38,676 nt of DNA from Candidatus Brocadiia bacterium (GTDB lineage: Bacteria; Planctomycetota; Brocadiia; SM23-32): positions 1 to 38,676 of the forward strand of contig JBKHIT010000049.1 in the NCBI GenBank assembly GCA_046538485.1. The letters run 5' to 3'. The notes beneath the pieces are model-generated. The model ran no database searches. It saw only the letters and a program-made list of their open reading frames with translations, and was not told the origin of the DNA. Positions 28,494-38,341 of this stretch are shown here, in pieces. Numbering within the stretch: the stretch's first letter is position 1; each line of letters opens with the position of its first letter. A program made the translations under genes and the position numbers.

Positions 28494-31400
28494 TCATGGC
28501 AACAGCAAATTGTCTTCTCCCGTTTCATCCACCTGTGGCAGGCCCCGGATAATCAACAGACGGTAGTCGTGCCCTTTTACCTTCAACTTCAAAATTCCGT
28601 CTTCCCACTGGAAATTGTGACCATCGTATAGAAAACCCACTCGCTCTTTTTCACGCTCTCGACGTTCTTCTTCTGCCAACAAATCCTCAAAACCCGCGGC
28701 TACACCCTCTTCTTTTGACTCCATGCCACCATTGAGAGGGTCCCCGGGATCTTTAACTTTCGTGATATCTTCGCCCTCAGGCGGGTTATAGGTATCAGCG
28801 TCTTCGACCTTTAAATCTTTCACAGTCTCTGCACCGTTTACAATTGTCGTGGGATCCAACTTAAGTGCCGCAATCGCCTCGTCTTTTTTTGTATTTACTA
28901 CAACAAGTGCCGTACGGTCTTCTTGTTTGTAGATACTACCAACAAATTGGTTTACTTCGCTTTCAATCGGTGAATTGGGTTCCCAGTATCCGATAAATTT
29001 CGACCTGTCGGAATAACAACCCGCCTTTTCGGCATCTTTGAGAATCCCCCCTACATTGAAAATATCATGCGCGAGCAAAGCGGCCTGATAAGAGCGTTTC
29101 TGTCGGTAAATCCAGTGCGGCATTTCCACCGGTTTATCCTGGTCCGCACCAATTTTGTTCATCCACACCTGCGCGAGGCCCCATTTCTTGGGATTACTGA
29201 ATCGGAAACGTGCCATACCCCACATACGTATGAAATCCCTTTTATCTCCCCATCCCAGAAACCTGCCCTCGCCGTCAAGAATAAAATCCGCAAACGACAG
29301 GCACGGAACAAAATGAGTCTGCGTCATGTGCACCCAGATCCGTGGACGCAATCCGTTATCAATAAATGTCCACCGCAGCCGTTTCATAAACTCGTGATAA
29401 TCGAAGAATTCAAAACCCGGCTGCATCTCCCCATCGGACATCAGGTACGCGGGACCACGTTGTGGGTCTTTGAACGTCCCAATCCACGCATCGTCAATGT
29501 AAATCCCGTGGAGACAATCGTTCTTCATCCACTGATCCATATGCCAGATATAGCAATTCGTGGATTCCGGGTAGTAGCGGAAAAAACCCGATTTGTACCA
29601 GATTCCGCGATATTCCCACGTGTTTGGCGGCAATCCCACCCAGTTGCGGTCAATATAAAGATACGGACCGTGGTAACCGCGCATATTGTTGTAATGATAC
29701 TCGTGCATCCGCACACGCCCCCGAGCGGCCTCCCAATCGTAATCCTGAGGATAAATGTTGAACGAGCCCCAGTTACCGTCCGTCTTCAAATCCTGTTTCG
29801 AAAATGAATCCACAAAACCAAAATTGAGTCGACTCGAGCAATATCGCCAATCCTCGGCAAATGGACGAACTGGCGCAGGGTGGAGCCCGAAAACAAAAGT
29901 GTGTGGCTCCCGAAATTCGGTTTTTTTATGCACGATGTTCAGCCGCAGCACAGTCGTTTCCTGATCCCGAACGACCTCGATGGCCGGGATCTTCATGCTT
30001 TTTGTCCATCCTTTATCGTTTTCGGCAAACCACACGAGACCGCGGTAATCCCCAGCAAGGGCCAGATAAGGAATAAAACTCCCGCGCAACCTGCCGTTTC
30101 GTTTCCTGCGCAATTTGTGGCTCTGGAAAACCGCCCCCTCTTTTTTTGGTGTCTCGCCATACCATGCACCTGCTCGGAAATTTCGGGCGCCCGTCCAGTA
30201 TCCCAGATAGCGTGCCTCTTTCGTCTTTAACGGTATCTCCAATACAAATGAATCCAGCTCGTTCGTCTCGCCTGGAATGATCATTGTTCGAACTTTCATC
30301 AACCCGTCGAATTGGGTCGCGATGTTGGTTATCACGCTCCAGTCCGCAGCCTTTGCCCGCCCTTCCGTACGTACGACGCTTTTCCGCACGTCTTTTATCA
30401 CTTGCGTTCCAGCATTAGGGGTCAGTTTCAATTCCTCTTCGCCGACTTTCATCATCAGCCTTATCGGCGCGCTTAAAAGGCTCTCCCCCTGTGACACAAT
30501 TTTCTGCGGCCATCCATCGCCGCCAAATTTGATCTCGCGTCCCCAGCATTTCACAACATTCTTCTCCGCCTCCATGGGCGTCCACCCAGGTAGAACCTCA
30601 TCCTCATGGATTCCGACCTTGCTGTGCAACCAGGGGGGCGCCCCGCGCTTTTTTTTAACGCTCATATCGCCGATTTCTTGGCCGGCTTCATCACGGAACG
30701 AAAACTCAACTCGATGCGGGCCATAAGTCACCGGTACGTCATCTATTTTTACCGACGAGCGACCGTTGTGAACCGGGGGCATATCTCCTTCACCGATCGG
30801 CTCCTTCAATTCCGGCGCAAAAATGCGAAGGTGCACAGCCGCTACTCTATCACGTCTCGGGCTCAGCAATTCTACAGACGTTTTGACCCACTTCAGTGGG
30901 TAATTCATCGTGACGTCAGAATGCGCAAACGGCAGGTGTTTCAGCTCGGTCTCGGGCCAAAAACGCTGATATGCATTGGCAATTTCCACGGGGGTGAGAG
31001 CACGAGAGTAAAACCGCAGTTCATCAACCAGTGTCTGCTCATTGTTATACCGACGTCGGTTCTTGATCGGTTCCAAAAAAACCGATTTTAGCGTCTCGAC
31101 GTTCTTATAATTGGATTTGCTGAAATATGCCGTAGCACCCGGCATCCGTTTTCCGTTCAGATATAACTTTTTTGCATTCTCATTCCACGTACCGACGACG
31201 TGGTACCATTTCCCCGGGCGAATGTAGGGCGGAGGGCGTTTGTTGCGGGGCTGCTTGTGAAGTATTCCGCACGACAGGAAATCGCTCACATCACCTTTTT
31301 TGGTTTCGCAGGTAGCGCGCAAAAGCGGAACATATTCCATGGGGTCATGGAATCCCTGTTTTTTTCGGTTATCCCAGTCGTAGGGACTGAACCAGAATTC

Positions 31401-32594
31401 GAAACTTCCGCTCTCCACGTTGAGATTTTTATCAGCCCCGTAAATCGGCATTGCAAATCCGGTCCCGATATGAATTGCCGATCCGTGCACGCCATGCTCA
31501 AATTCGGGTTCCGGTACGGGCCTGTTTTCGCCAGCCGCGCGCGGGCCGAGATTGACTTTTTTCTCGGATTGTGCGCGGACCGGTTGTACAGTGTCTTCAA
31601 AAGCGGCAGTAAAAATACGGTCTTGATCCGTCCGGAGATAAGGCCAATCCTCCGCGATCGCGCGCTGCCCCGCGGGATCGGTCCACTCAGAATTCCAGGC
31701 GTAAAATTTCTCAAGACCCGTTGAGATGCGAATCTCGTCGATGCGTCCTATGAACCCAGATTTGCGCCGAACATCGTTCCCAATCCTTACCACACCCGAG
31801 ATTTTTTCCAGAGCCCCTCCGACCTCCTGCGATTTTATCTTTGCGATGCGATTGCCATCCACAAGGATTTGCACGTCAGGCCGGATTTTCTGCCGCACCC
31901 AGTTGACCATTACTGTGCGTCCCGGTCCCACACGCATAGCAATATGGTGCCATTCTGAAAGCGGTAACGCCTTTTCGGTCGACCCAATGGGTTTTCCCCA
32001 ACACCGAACCTCGAGTTTTCCTCCCGCAAGCCGTTTCAATTCCACGGCAGAAGGCGTTTGTCTTTTGGCTACCAAAGCGAAGAGCGTCGATCTCTCATCT
32101 TTTTCCGGGTTGAACCACGCTTCGACTGTTAGTGGCTGACCTTTGGTCAAATCGTTATACTGCGGCGAAACAACGCCGGCGCCGTTGTTTTTCAGTTCGA
32201 TACAACCGCTGAACTGTCCCTGGCCAACCCATTCGTATTGTTCTAAGGCTCGCCCATGCCGACCGTAAAGGCTACTGTCTTGAACGCTATTTTTACCGAC
32301 CGATTCCGCCCCTTCACTGTCCATTTCCACAAACCCACCCGGGCCCATTCCTCCACCTCCGTCATCACCATTATCCAGAACGTTCTCAATTTCTTCCTCA
32401 CTGCCCTCCTGTTCCCTGTTCATGTGAAACAAACCGAGGGTATCGGGATTCGCCTCATAAGGCAGCCAGAACCGTGAGTGGATGCGATAACCTTTGTTTG
32501 GAGCATCCGCCGTTGCGGACAATAGCGGTAAAAGGACGCAGAGGGTAATCGCCACGAGCACTCGGGCATGCAGCAGAAAATTCCGGTATCTCAT
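28494..32594 (-). CDS. Secreted protein with two LamG-like jellyroll domains and a putative glycoside-hydrolase-like (DUF6067-type) region
   Basis: Signal peptide from ATG 32594 (SD GAGG); LamG motifs LTVEAWF..WHHIA..GRIDEIRIS and GSFEFWF..WYHVVGTW..VDELRFYSRAL; PGWTP..CWGR, RGLVWFAE and GIYIDD. Confidence 0.65.
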   Translation of the reverse strand: MRYRNFLLHARVLVAITLCVLLPLLSATADAPNKGYRIHSRFWLPYEANPDTLGLFHMNREQEGSEEEIENVLDNGDDGGGGMGPGGFVEMDSEGAESVGKNSVQDSSLYGRHGRALEQYEWVGQGQFSGCIELKNNGAGVVSPQYNDLTKGQPLTVEAWFNPEKDERSTLFALVAKRQTPSAVELKRLAGGKLEVRCWGKPIGSTEKALPLSEWHHIAMRVGPGRTVMVNWVRQKIRPDVQILVDGNRIAKIKSQEVGGALEKISGVVRIGNDVRRKSGFIGRIDEIRISTGLEKFYAWNSEWTDPAGQRAIAEDWPYLRTDQDRIFTAAFEDTVQPVRAQSEKKVNLGPRAAGENRPVPEPEFEHGVHGSAIHIGTGFAMPIYGADKNLNVESGSFEFWFSPYDWDNRKKQGFHDPMEYVPLLRATCETKKGDVSDFLSCGILHKQPRNKRPPPYIRPGKWYHVVGTWNENAKKLYLNGKRMPGATAYFSKSNYKNVETLKSVFLEPIKNRRRYNNEQTLVDELRFYSRALTPVEIANAYQRFWPETELKHLPFAHSDVTMNYPLKWVKTSVELLSPRRDRVAAVHLRIFAPELKEPIGEGDMPPVHNGRSSVKIDDVPVTYGPHRVEFSFRDEAGQEIGDMSVKKKRGAPPWLHSKVGIHEDEVLPGWTPMEAEKNVVKCWGREIKFGGDGWPQKIVSQGESLLSAPIRLMMKVGEEELKLTPNAGTQVIKDVRKSVVRTEGRAKAADWSVITNIATQFDGLMKVRTMIIPGETNELDSFVLEIPLKTKEARYLGYWTGARNFRAGAWYGETPKKEGAVFQSHKLRRKRNGRLRGSFIPYLALAGDYRGLVWFAENDKGWTKSMKIPAIEVVRDQETTVLRLNIVHKKTEFREPHTFVFGLHPAPVRPFAEDWRYCSSRLNFGFVDSFSKQDLKTDGNWGSFNIYPQDYDWEAARGRVRMHEYHYNNMRGYHGPYLYIDRNWVGLPPNTWEYRGIWYKSGFFRYYPESTNCYIWHMDQWMKNDCLHGIYIDDAWIGTFKDPQRGPAYLMSDGEMQPGFEFFDYHEFMKRLRWTFIDNGLRPRIWVHMTQTHFVPCLSFADFILDGEGRFLGWGDKRDFIRMWGMARFRFSNPKKWGLAQVWMNKIGADQDKPVEMPHWIYRQKRSYQAALLAHDIFNVGGILKDAEKAGCYSDRSKFIGYWEPNSPIESEVNQFVGSIYKQEDRTALVVVNTKKDEAIAALKLDPTTIVNGAETVKDLKVEDADTYNPPEGEDITKVKDPGDPLNGGMESKEEGVAAGFEDLLAEEERREREKERVGFLYDGHNFQWEDGILKLKVKGHDYRLLIIRGLPQVDETGEDNLLLP

Positions 32595-32740
32595 CAGATT
32601 ACCTCGCTCACCGGTGATGAACTGGTTTTCCGTCAGAGTCTGGCAGACAGGCAAACTCCCCCTCAGCAAGCTACGGAAAGAGCCCGCAACTCCCACCGAA
32701 AAAATCGCCCTCATAACAAGATAATTTGGCTATCCCCTGC

Positions 32741-33985
32741 TCAGTGTGGCACTTCGAGTCCCGGGTGGGATTTTTTGAGCCCAGCCACACCTTTCTTTGA
32801 AACATGCGTTTTTCGAAGGTCACATAGTACGAGATTCTTCAATCCCTTCAAATGGCTCAATCCTTTGTCCGTAACGGGTGTGCCAGCTAAACCGAGGACC
32901 TGAAGATCTTTGAGGCCTTCCAAATGAGCCAGGCACTTGTCACCGACATTAGTGTCACTAAGCTTCAGAAACCATAGATTCTTCAATCCCGCCAGATGAG
33001 CCAAGCCATCCCCATCGATATCAGTTTCACGAAGTTTGAGGATTCTCAACTGGCTTCGTTTCTCCAGATCGCTGAGCCCGTTATTCGTAAGGTTCGAACC
33101 GGAGAGATCCAATTCCTCGAGAGTCTCGGAGTAGGCCAGATGCTCAAGTCCTTTTCCCGATACCTCCGTGTGGGAAAGGTCAAGAATCCGCAAATTCGTA
33201 AGTGCTGCAAGATCTGATAGACCTTTATCGGTCACGTTGGTTGACCTGACCGAGATCACCTGCAACGATTCGAGTTCTCCGACATATTCCATTGCTCTAT
33301 CGCTGATTCTCAGGCCTCCAAGTCGCAGTTCCTGCAGATTACTGAGCCCACGGATGTGTACAAGACCTCGGTGGGTAACTTTCGTGTACGATAGATCAAG
33401 TCTTCGGAGAGTGTTCAGGCCTTTTATGTGCGCCAAACCGGTATTACTGACCTCGCCATGTGAGAGATCAAGATCCCGGAGCTCTTTGAGTTCGTGGAAA
33501 TAACGCAGTCCCCAACCGGTCACTTTTGTACCGTCAAGCTGAACTTTCCGAAGTTTCTTGAGTCCTTTCAAGTGAATCAGGCTTATATCGGTTACGTCGG
33601 TACCGTGAAGACTCAGCAAGCGCAACCCTTCAAGCCCTTCCAACTGCGACATCTGAGTCTCTTTTGTATCATCCGGCATCTGAAGACCAGGGACATTCTC
33701 ACTGTTAATCTGCTCGATAAGAGCTCCCAATTTTACACTTTCAGCCTTCTTGTTAGGTTTAACCCACCAATACTGGCATTCCGGGATACTGACAGCCTTT
33801 TTCGCCGGCGTTTTTCCCAGCAATTTTGCTCGGAATCCAGCGCGCTTAACATACACTTCCAGAGCCAATTCCGAATTGAAGGTTCTGGGGCCGTAAGACT
33901 CTGAGTCTCCGTAGGAAATGTTCGCCAGAACTGTAATCCCCAGCAAAAAAGCCATGACGGTACATGTCGACTTATACTTTCTCAT
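32741..33985 (-). CDS. Secreted leucine-rich repeat protein (about 12 x 24-aa repeats)
   Basis: Signal peptide from ATG 33985 (SD AGGAG); repeats of L-x-x-L-x-L-x-x-T-x-V-T-D-x-G-L-x-H-L-x-G-L. Confidence 0.9.
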   Translation of the reverse strand: MRKYKSTCTVMAFLLGITVLANISYGDSESYGPRTFNSELALEVYVKRAGFRAKLLGKTPAKKAVSIPECQYWWVKPNKKAESVKLGALIEQINSENVPGLQMPDDTKETQMSQLEGLEGLRLLSLHGTDVTDISLIHLKGLKKLRKVQLDGTKVTGWGLRYFHELKELRDLDLSHGEVSNTGLAHIKGLNTLRRLDLSYTKVTHRGLVHIRGLSNLQELRLGGLRISDRAMEYVGELESLQVISVRSTNVTDKGLSDLAALTNLRILDLSHTEVSGKGLEHLAYSETLEELDLSGSNLTNNGLSDLEKRSQLRILKLRETDIDGDGLAHLAGLKNLWFLKLSDTNVGDKCLAHLEGLKDLQVLGLAGTPVTDKGLSHLKGLKNLVLCDLRKTHVSKKGVAGLKKSHPGLEVPH

Positions 33986-34296
33986 TCCTGACTCCTTCTT
34001 ACCTGTGTGCCCTGAAATTAGCATGTATTAACGCTGGAACACGCCATTGCACGAATGAACCTCCGCCGACTGGCACGTTCAGCGTGTCGCCGCAGTATTT
34101 AGCTTTCTAATCTGCTCAATAACAGTATAGTGTATATAGCCTTTTGTCAAGATCCAACGCCCCCTCACATCGCTGAAAAAACCTTTTTCACAATCAGCAC
34201 ACTTAACCCCTTTGTCTGTTGGGAGAATCGGCTGAATATGGTATCTTGTTCTCGGAAATCGTTATTTGACACAATCCGCATCCTGGAGGGAATAGG

Positions 34297-34716
34297 ATGT
34301 CTGAAGCTCACATCCTGATCGTTGAAGATGATGAAGACCTTGCAGACGCCCTTGCGCTCGCACTTCAAGGGTCCGGTTATACCGTAACCCACACCGTCAC
34401 CCGCGAAGCTGCTCTTGAGCTTGCCACCCAGAATCCACCAGATCTCGCCATTTTTGATGTTATGTTGAAACGGATTGACGACGGAATACAGCTAACACAT
34501 GAATTCCGTGCCGATGAAAAACTCTGCAACGTTCCCATCATCATGCTGACGGCAATCAACCAGGCAACAGATTTCAACCTGGATAAGGAAACCGACGAGG
34601 GTTACCTGCCCGTTGATCTATTCCTTGAAAAACCCGTTGATCCGCAAGATTTACTCGATGAAACAGTGAGACTTCTGCGTGAGGGAGGAGGTAGCTTAGG
34701 TGACATCGGAAGATGA
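34297..34716 (+). CDS. Stand-alone response regulator receiver (CheY-like)
   Basis: ILIVEDD, PDLAIFD (phospho-Asp), IIMLT and LEKP; no output domain; SD GGAGG. Confidence 0.92.
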   Translation: MSEAHILIVEDDEDLADALALALQGSGYTVTHTVTREAALELATQNPPDLAIFDVMLKRIDDGIQLTHEFRADEKLCNVPIIMLTAINQATDFNLDKETDEGYLPVDLFLEKPVDPQDLLDETVRLLREGGGSLGDIGR

Positions 34717-37123
34717 TATTATTCAACAGGCCGCTATTGTTGCGCATCAGATCAAGTCTCCCGTCAGTACACTCCGGACGATGGTTCGCACATTGCTGGG
34801 CGGTTTCGCGGGTGAATTGAGCGAAGATCAACGCAAAGTCCTGGAAGCGGCTGATCGCAAATCCGCCGAGGCGATGGAAACGATCAGAGCTCTTCTGTCG
34901 CTCTCTGAAGCCCGGCAACAAATGCCTACCCAAGAAACATGCGATCTCGTCCTCTGCGCTCAACAGGCTTGTGAACGGTACCGCGACGAAGCAAAAGAGA
35001 AAAATCTGGATCTTAATTGCACGTACGCTGCGGAACAAGCTGCCGTTTCAATGAGCAAAGACAATGTAACGGAGGCCCTTACCGCGCTCCTGGACAACGC
35101 CGTTAAATATACACCGGAGGGGGGGCAAATCCTTCTTCAAGTCTGGACCGATTCTGAAACGGAGCGGGCCTGCGCCACCGTCTCTGACTCGGGTATCGGA
35201 GTCCCTGAAAAAGAACGTGATAAACTTTTTCGACCTTTCTTTCGGGCCAGCAACGCGCGCGAAGTCATCCAATCGGGCACGGGCCTGGGGTTACCCTTTG
35301 TCCGAACAATCGCAGAAAATGCCGGTGGACACGTCAAGGTCGATGAATCAGAGTTCGGGGGAGCAAAATTCTCGCTTGTATTCCCCCGAGTTTGTCCATT
35401 ATCCAGCGCGGATAAGGGAAAAACCGAACAGCAAGCCGAACCAAGCTGCCGGGTTGTGGTAATCGGTGGGGTTGCCGCAGGCCCAAAAGTAGCCGCCAAA
35501 ATTAAAAGGCTGGACCCAAAGGCGGACGTCACCATCGTTGAAAAAGGACAGGTCCTTTCCTACGCAGGCTGTGGACTTCCCTACTACATATCAGGAGTCG
35601 TCGAAAACCAACGTGAACTTATATCAACCCCGGAAGGCGTCGTGCGGGGTCCCGATTATTTCGAACGAGTCAAATCCGTCCACGTTATGAACCGCACCGA
35701 AGCACTCAAAATAGACCGTGATAAATGTCAGGTCCTGGTCGAAGATATGATCAGCGGCGACAAACACTGGTTGCCGTACGACAAACTTGCCCTCTGCACC
35801 GGCGCCGTCCCGATCGTCCCCACTATTCCGGGTGTCCAGCTCGATAACGTCTACACGCTCCATGGGCTTGAACACGCCGAGGGAATTAAGGAAGACCTTG
35901 CCGAACAACAGGCGAAAGACATCTTCATCGTTGGAGGCGGGCTGATCGGCGTCGAAATGGCTGAATCTCTCGTTTCGGCCGGCTCGCGTGTAACCCTCGT
36001 CGAAATGCTGCCCCAATTGCTGCCGAATATTTTGGATCCTGAAATGGCCGAGTTGTTGCGCCGACATTTCGAGACCAAAGGGGTGCGAGTTATGCTCAAT
36101 ACCCGGGTAACGGGATTTGAGGGCAACGGCAGAATACGCCGAGTTGTAACGGATGAGAGGGCATATCCTGCTGATATGGCCATTATGGGCGTCGGCGTCC
36201 GACCCAATGTCAAACTCGCCAGCGACTCCGGACTCGACCTGGGCGAGACCGGCGCCATCAAAGTCGATGATCACATGCGCACCTCCGATTCCGCTATCTT
36301 CGCCGCCGGTGACTGTGTCGAGGCTCATGACCTCATCAACGACGAGCCAGCGTACGTTCCCCTTGGCTCTACCGCCAACAAACAAGGACGAGTCGCGGCC
36401 ATCAATATCTGCGGGGGAGAAGAATCGTTTCCCGGTATCACTGGCACAACAGTTTGCAAAGTCTTCGACTATACCGTGGCCAGAGCCGGCCTGACGGAAA
36501 AAGAAGCCAGGGATCAGGGACACGATCTTGTGATCGCGATCACACCCGGGCTCGACCGGGCACATTTCATGCCTCACGCCGCCATGATCATCACCAAATT
36601 GATCGTCGATTACAAATCCAAAGAGCTTATCGGTATCCAGGTCGTCGGCCCCGGTGAAGCCGCCAAACGGGTCGACGTAGCCGTCGCGGCAATGACCGGG
36701 AAACTCGACATCGATTCGATATCCAAACTCGACCTCTGCTACGCCCCCTCCTATTCCGAAGCTCTCGACAACCTCCACACAGCCTGTAACGTGGCAAAAA
36801 ACAAACTCGAAGGCTATATGGCGGGTATTTCGGCCTGCAAAGTGAAAGAAAAACTCGCGCGGGGCGAAGATATAATGCTTCTGGATGTCCGATCCCACGG
36901 CGAACTGAATGAAGCCAGCATCGATGGAAGCACACATATCCCCCTGGCAGCCCTCAGAGGCCGACTCGGTGAACTCCCGCGCGAAAAAGAAATCATTGTC
37001 TTCTCAGGCGTGTCCCTCTCCGCCTACGAAGCCGCCATCATACTTCAGGCCAACGGGTTCGAAAATGTCAAAGTCATGGACGGCGGCATCATCATGTGGC
37101 CACACTGCACCAACGAACCGTGA
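34700..37123 (+). CDS. Histidine kinase (HisKA-HATPase) fused to CoA-disulfide reductase-like flavoprotein and rhodanese domain
   Basis: H-box AHQIKSP, N-box LLDNAVKY, DSGIG, F-box and GTGLGL; then VVIGGVAAG, SYAGCGLPY, GGGLIGVE, FAAGDC, ANKQGR and YAPSYS; rhodanese LLDVRS..HIPL..MDGGI. Confidence 0.9.
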   Translation: MTSEDDIIQQAAIVAHQIKSPVSTLRTMVRTLLGGFAGELSEDQRKVLEAADRKSAEAMETIRALLSLSEARQQMPTQETCDLVLCAQQACERYRDEAKEKNLDLNCTYAAEQAAVSMSKDNVTEALTALLDNAVKYTPEGGQILLQVWTDSETERACATVSDSGIGVPEKERDKLFRPFFRASNAREVIQSGTGLGLPFVRTIAENAGGHVKVDESEFGGAKFSLVFPRVCPLSSADKGKTEQQAEPSCRVVVIGGVAAGPKVAAKIKRLDPKADVTIVEKGQVLSYAGCGLPYYISGVVENQRELISTPEGVVRGPDYFERVKSVHVMNRTEALKIDRDKCQVLVEDMISGDKHWLPYDKLALCTGAVPIVPTIPGVQLDNVYTLHGLEHAEGIKEDLAEQQAKDIFIVGGGLIGVEMAESLVSAGSRVTLVEMLPQLLPNILDPEMAELLRRHFETKGVRVMLNTRVTGFEGNGRIRRVVTDERAYPADMAIMGVGVRPNVKLASDSGLDLGETGAIKVDDHMRTSDSAIFAAGDCVEAHDLINDEPAYVPLGSTANKQGRVAAINICGGEESFPGITGTTVCKVFDYTVARAGLTEKEARDQGHDLVIAITPGLDRAHFMPHAAMIITKLIVDYKSKELIGIQVVGPGEAAKRVDVAVAAMTGKLDIDSISKLDLCYAPSYSEALDNLHTACNVAKNKLEGYMAGISACKVKEKLARGEDIMLLDVRSHGELNEASIDGSTHIPLAALRGRLGELPREKEIIVFSGVSLSAYEAAIILQANGFENVKVMDGGIIMWPHCTNEP

Positions 37124-37286
37124 TGCTGTCGCAATTTGAATTCTGATCACACCCGGGGAAATCAAGTCTATCCGGACGAGAATGCCTGCTCGGTTACGGC
37201 GAGAACGGCAATTGAGAGTTTAGAGGTGAAAGTAAACGGGAAAACGACATTCTCAACTCTTAACCGCCCTCATCCGCCCTTCCATT

Positions 37287-37314
37287 TTGCGTCCTGCCTC
37301 TGTTCGGATATACT
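37287..37314 (+). promoter_or_regulatory. Candidate promoter for the ATP-grasp/KamA genes
   Basis: TTGCGT-N16-TATACT about 40 nt upstream of GTG 37355. Confidence 0.35.
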
Positions 37315-37354
37315 GGTTTTTCTCACGATCCCCTTAATTGAGCGCAAAATCCCC

Positions 37355-38341
37355 GTGAAAATTGTACTGACATGTGACGCCCCTGCCAGCTCCGAGGTGA
37401 AGGGCCATCTGCCGGAAGATATCGGCGCTGAACACGACGCCAAGAGCACCATCCGCGCCCTCACAGATGCCCTCGCTGACAACGGCCACGAGGTTGACGT
37501 GCTCCGTCTGACACGTGATTTCCCCCGAGAGATCCAGCAACTCGACCCCGATCTCGTCTTCAATATCGCTGAAGGGATCCGGGGACGAACGCGCGAAGCC
37601 ATCGTACCCTCCTGGCTCGACCATCTGGCCATTCCTTATACCGGTTCGGATGGCCTCACTCTCTCTCTTACACTCGATAAAGCCCGCGCAAAAGAAATTG
37701 TCCGTGGGCGCGGAGTGCGGACCCCAAATTTCCGGCGAGTTTCGCATCTCGACCAGCTTTCGACCTCCCAACTCGAGTTCCCATTGTTCGTCAAACCCGT
37801 CGGAGAAGGCTCAAGCATGGGCATCCGTTTCTCCTCCCGCGTGAACGATCCGGAGGAACTTGAAAATCAGGTGACGTGGGTGCTGGAAGAATATGATCAG
37901 CCATGTTTGGTCGAAGAATTTGCGCCCGGCCCCGAATACTGCGTCGGATTCCTTGGGAATGGAAATCCCAAAACCCTGCCGATCATCGAAGTGAAGTGTG
38001 AGGGCAGTTTTTATTCGTACGAACATAAGAACCAACACAAGAAAAAGCTCACCTGTCCCGCTGACATCTCCCCGAATCTGACGCGGAAACTCATCCGCAT
38101 GGCACGCAGATCGTTCCACGCCTTCGATTGCCGCGACCTGGCGCGGGTTGATCTCAAAATCGACGCCGAGGGTCACCCCACTTTCCTGGAAATCAATCCC
38201 CTGCCGGGCCTGAATCCCGATTTCAGCATCTACCCCCACCAGGCCGAGGCAGGCGGAATTCGTTACAATACGCTGATCGGCCAAATTGTATCGCTGGCCG
38301 CCGAACGCAACATGCCAAAAACCGAAAGGATACCCTCATGA
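37355..38341 (+). CDS. D-Ala-D-Ala-ligase-like ATP-grasp enzyme (non-canonical)
   Basis: PYTGSD, LDKA, FVKPVGEGSSMGI, LVEEF, ARVDL and LEINPLPGL. It has FNIAEG where Ddl has LHGxxGEDG. Start moved to GTG 37355. Confidence 0.85.
   Translation: MKIVLTCDAPASSEVKGHLPEDIGAEHDAKSTIRALTDALADNGHEVDVLRLTRDFPREIQQLDPDLVFNIAEGIRGRTREAIVPSWLDHLAIPYTGSDGLTLSLTLDKARAKEIVRGRGVRTPNFRRVSHLDQLSTSQLEFPLFVKPVGEGSSMGIRFSSRVNDPEELENQVTWVLEEYDQPCLVEEFAPGPEYCVGFLGNGNPKTLPIIEVKCEGSFYSYEHKNQHKKKLTCPADISPNLTRKLIRMARRSFHAFDCRDLARVDLKIDAEGHPTFLEINPLPGLNPDFSIYPHQAEAGGIRYNTLIGQIVSLAAERNMPKTERIPS

Noticed and set aside
35624..36937. 437-aa antisense ORF (likewise 7086..7940, 26483..27274, 27528..28259 and similar)
   Set aside because: These are shadow frames opposite well-supported genes, expected from codon bias.
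27396..37123. Functional sulfur link between cysK and the kinase-CoADR-rhodanese fusion
   Set aside because: They are more than 6 kb apart, on opposite strands and separated by unrelated genes.
37355..38341. Assigning the symbol ddl
   Set aside because: The canonical D-Ala-binding N-terminal motifs are absent and the context is KamA-linked, not a cell-wall cluster.
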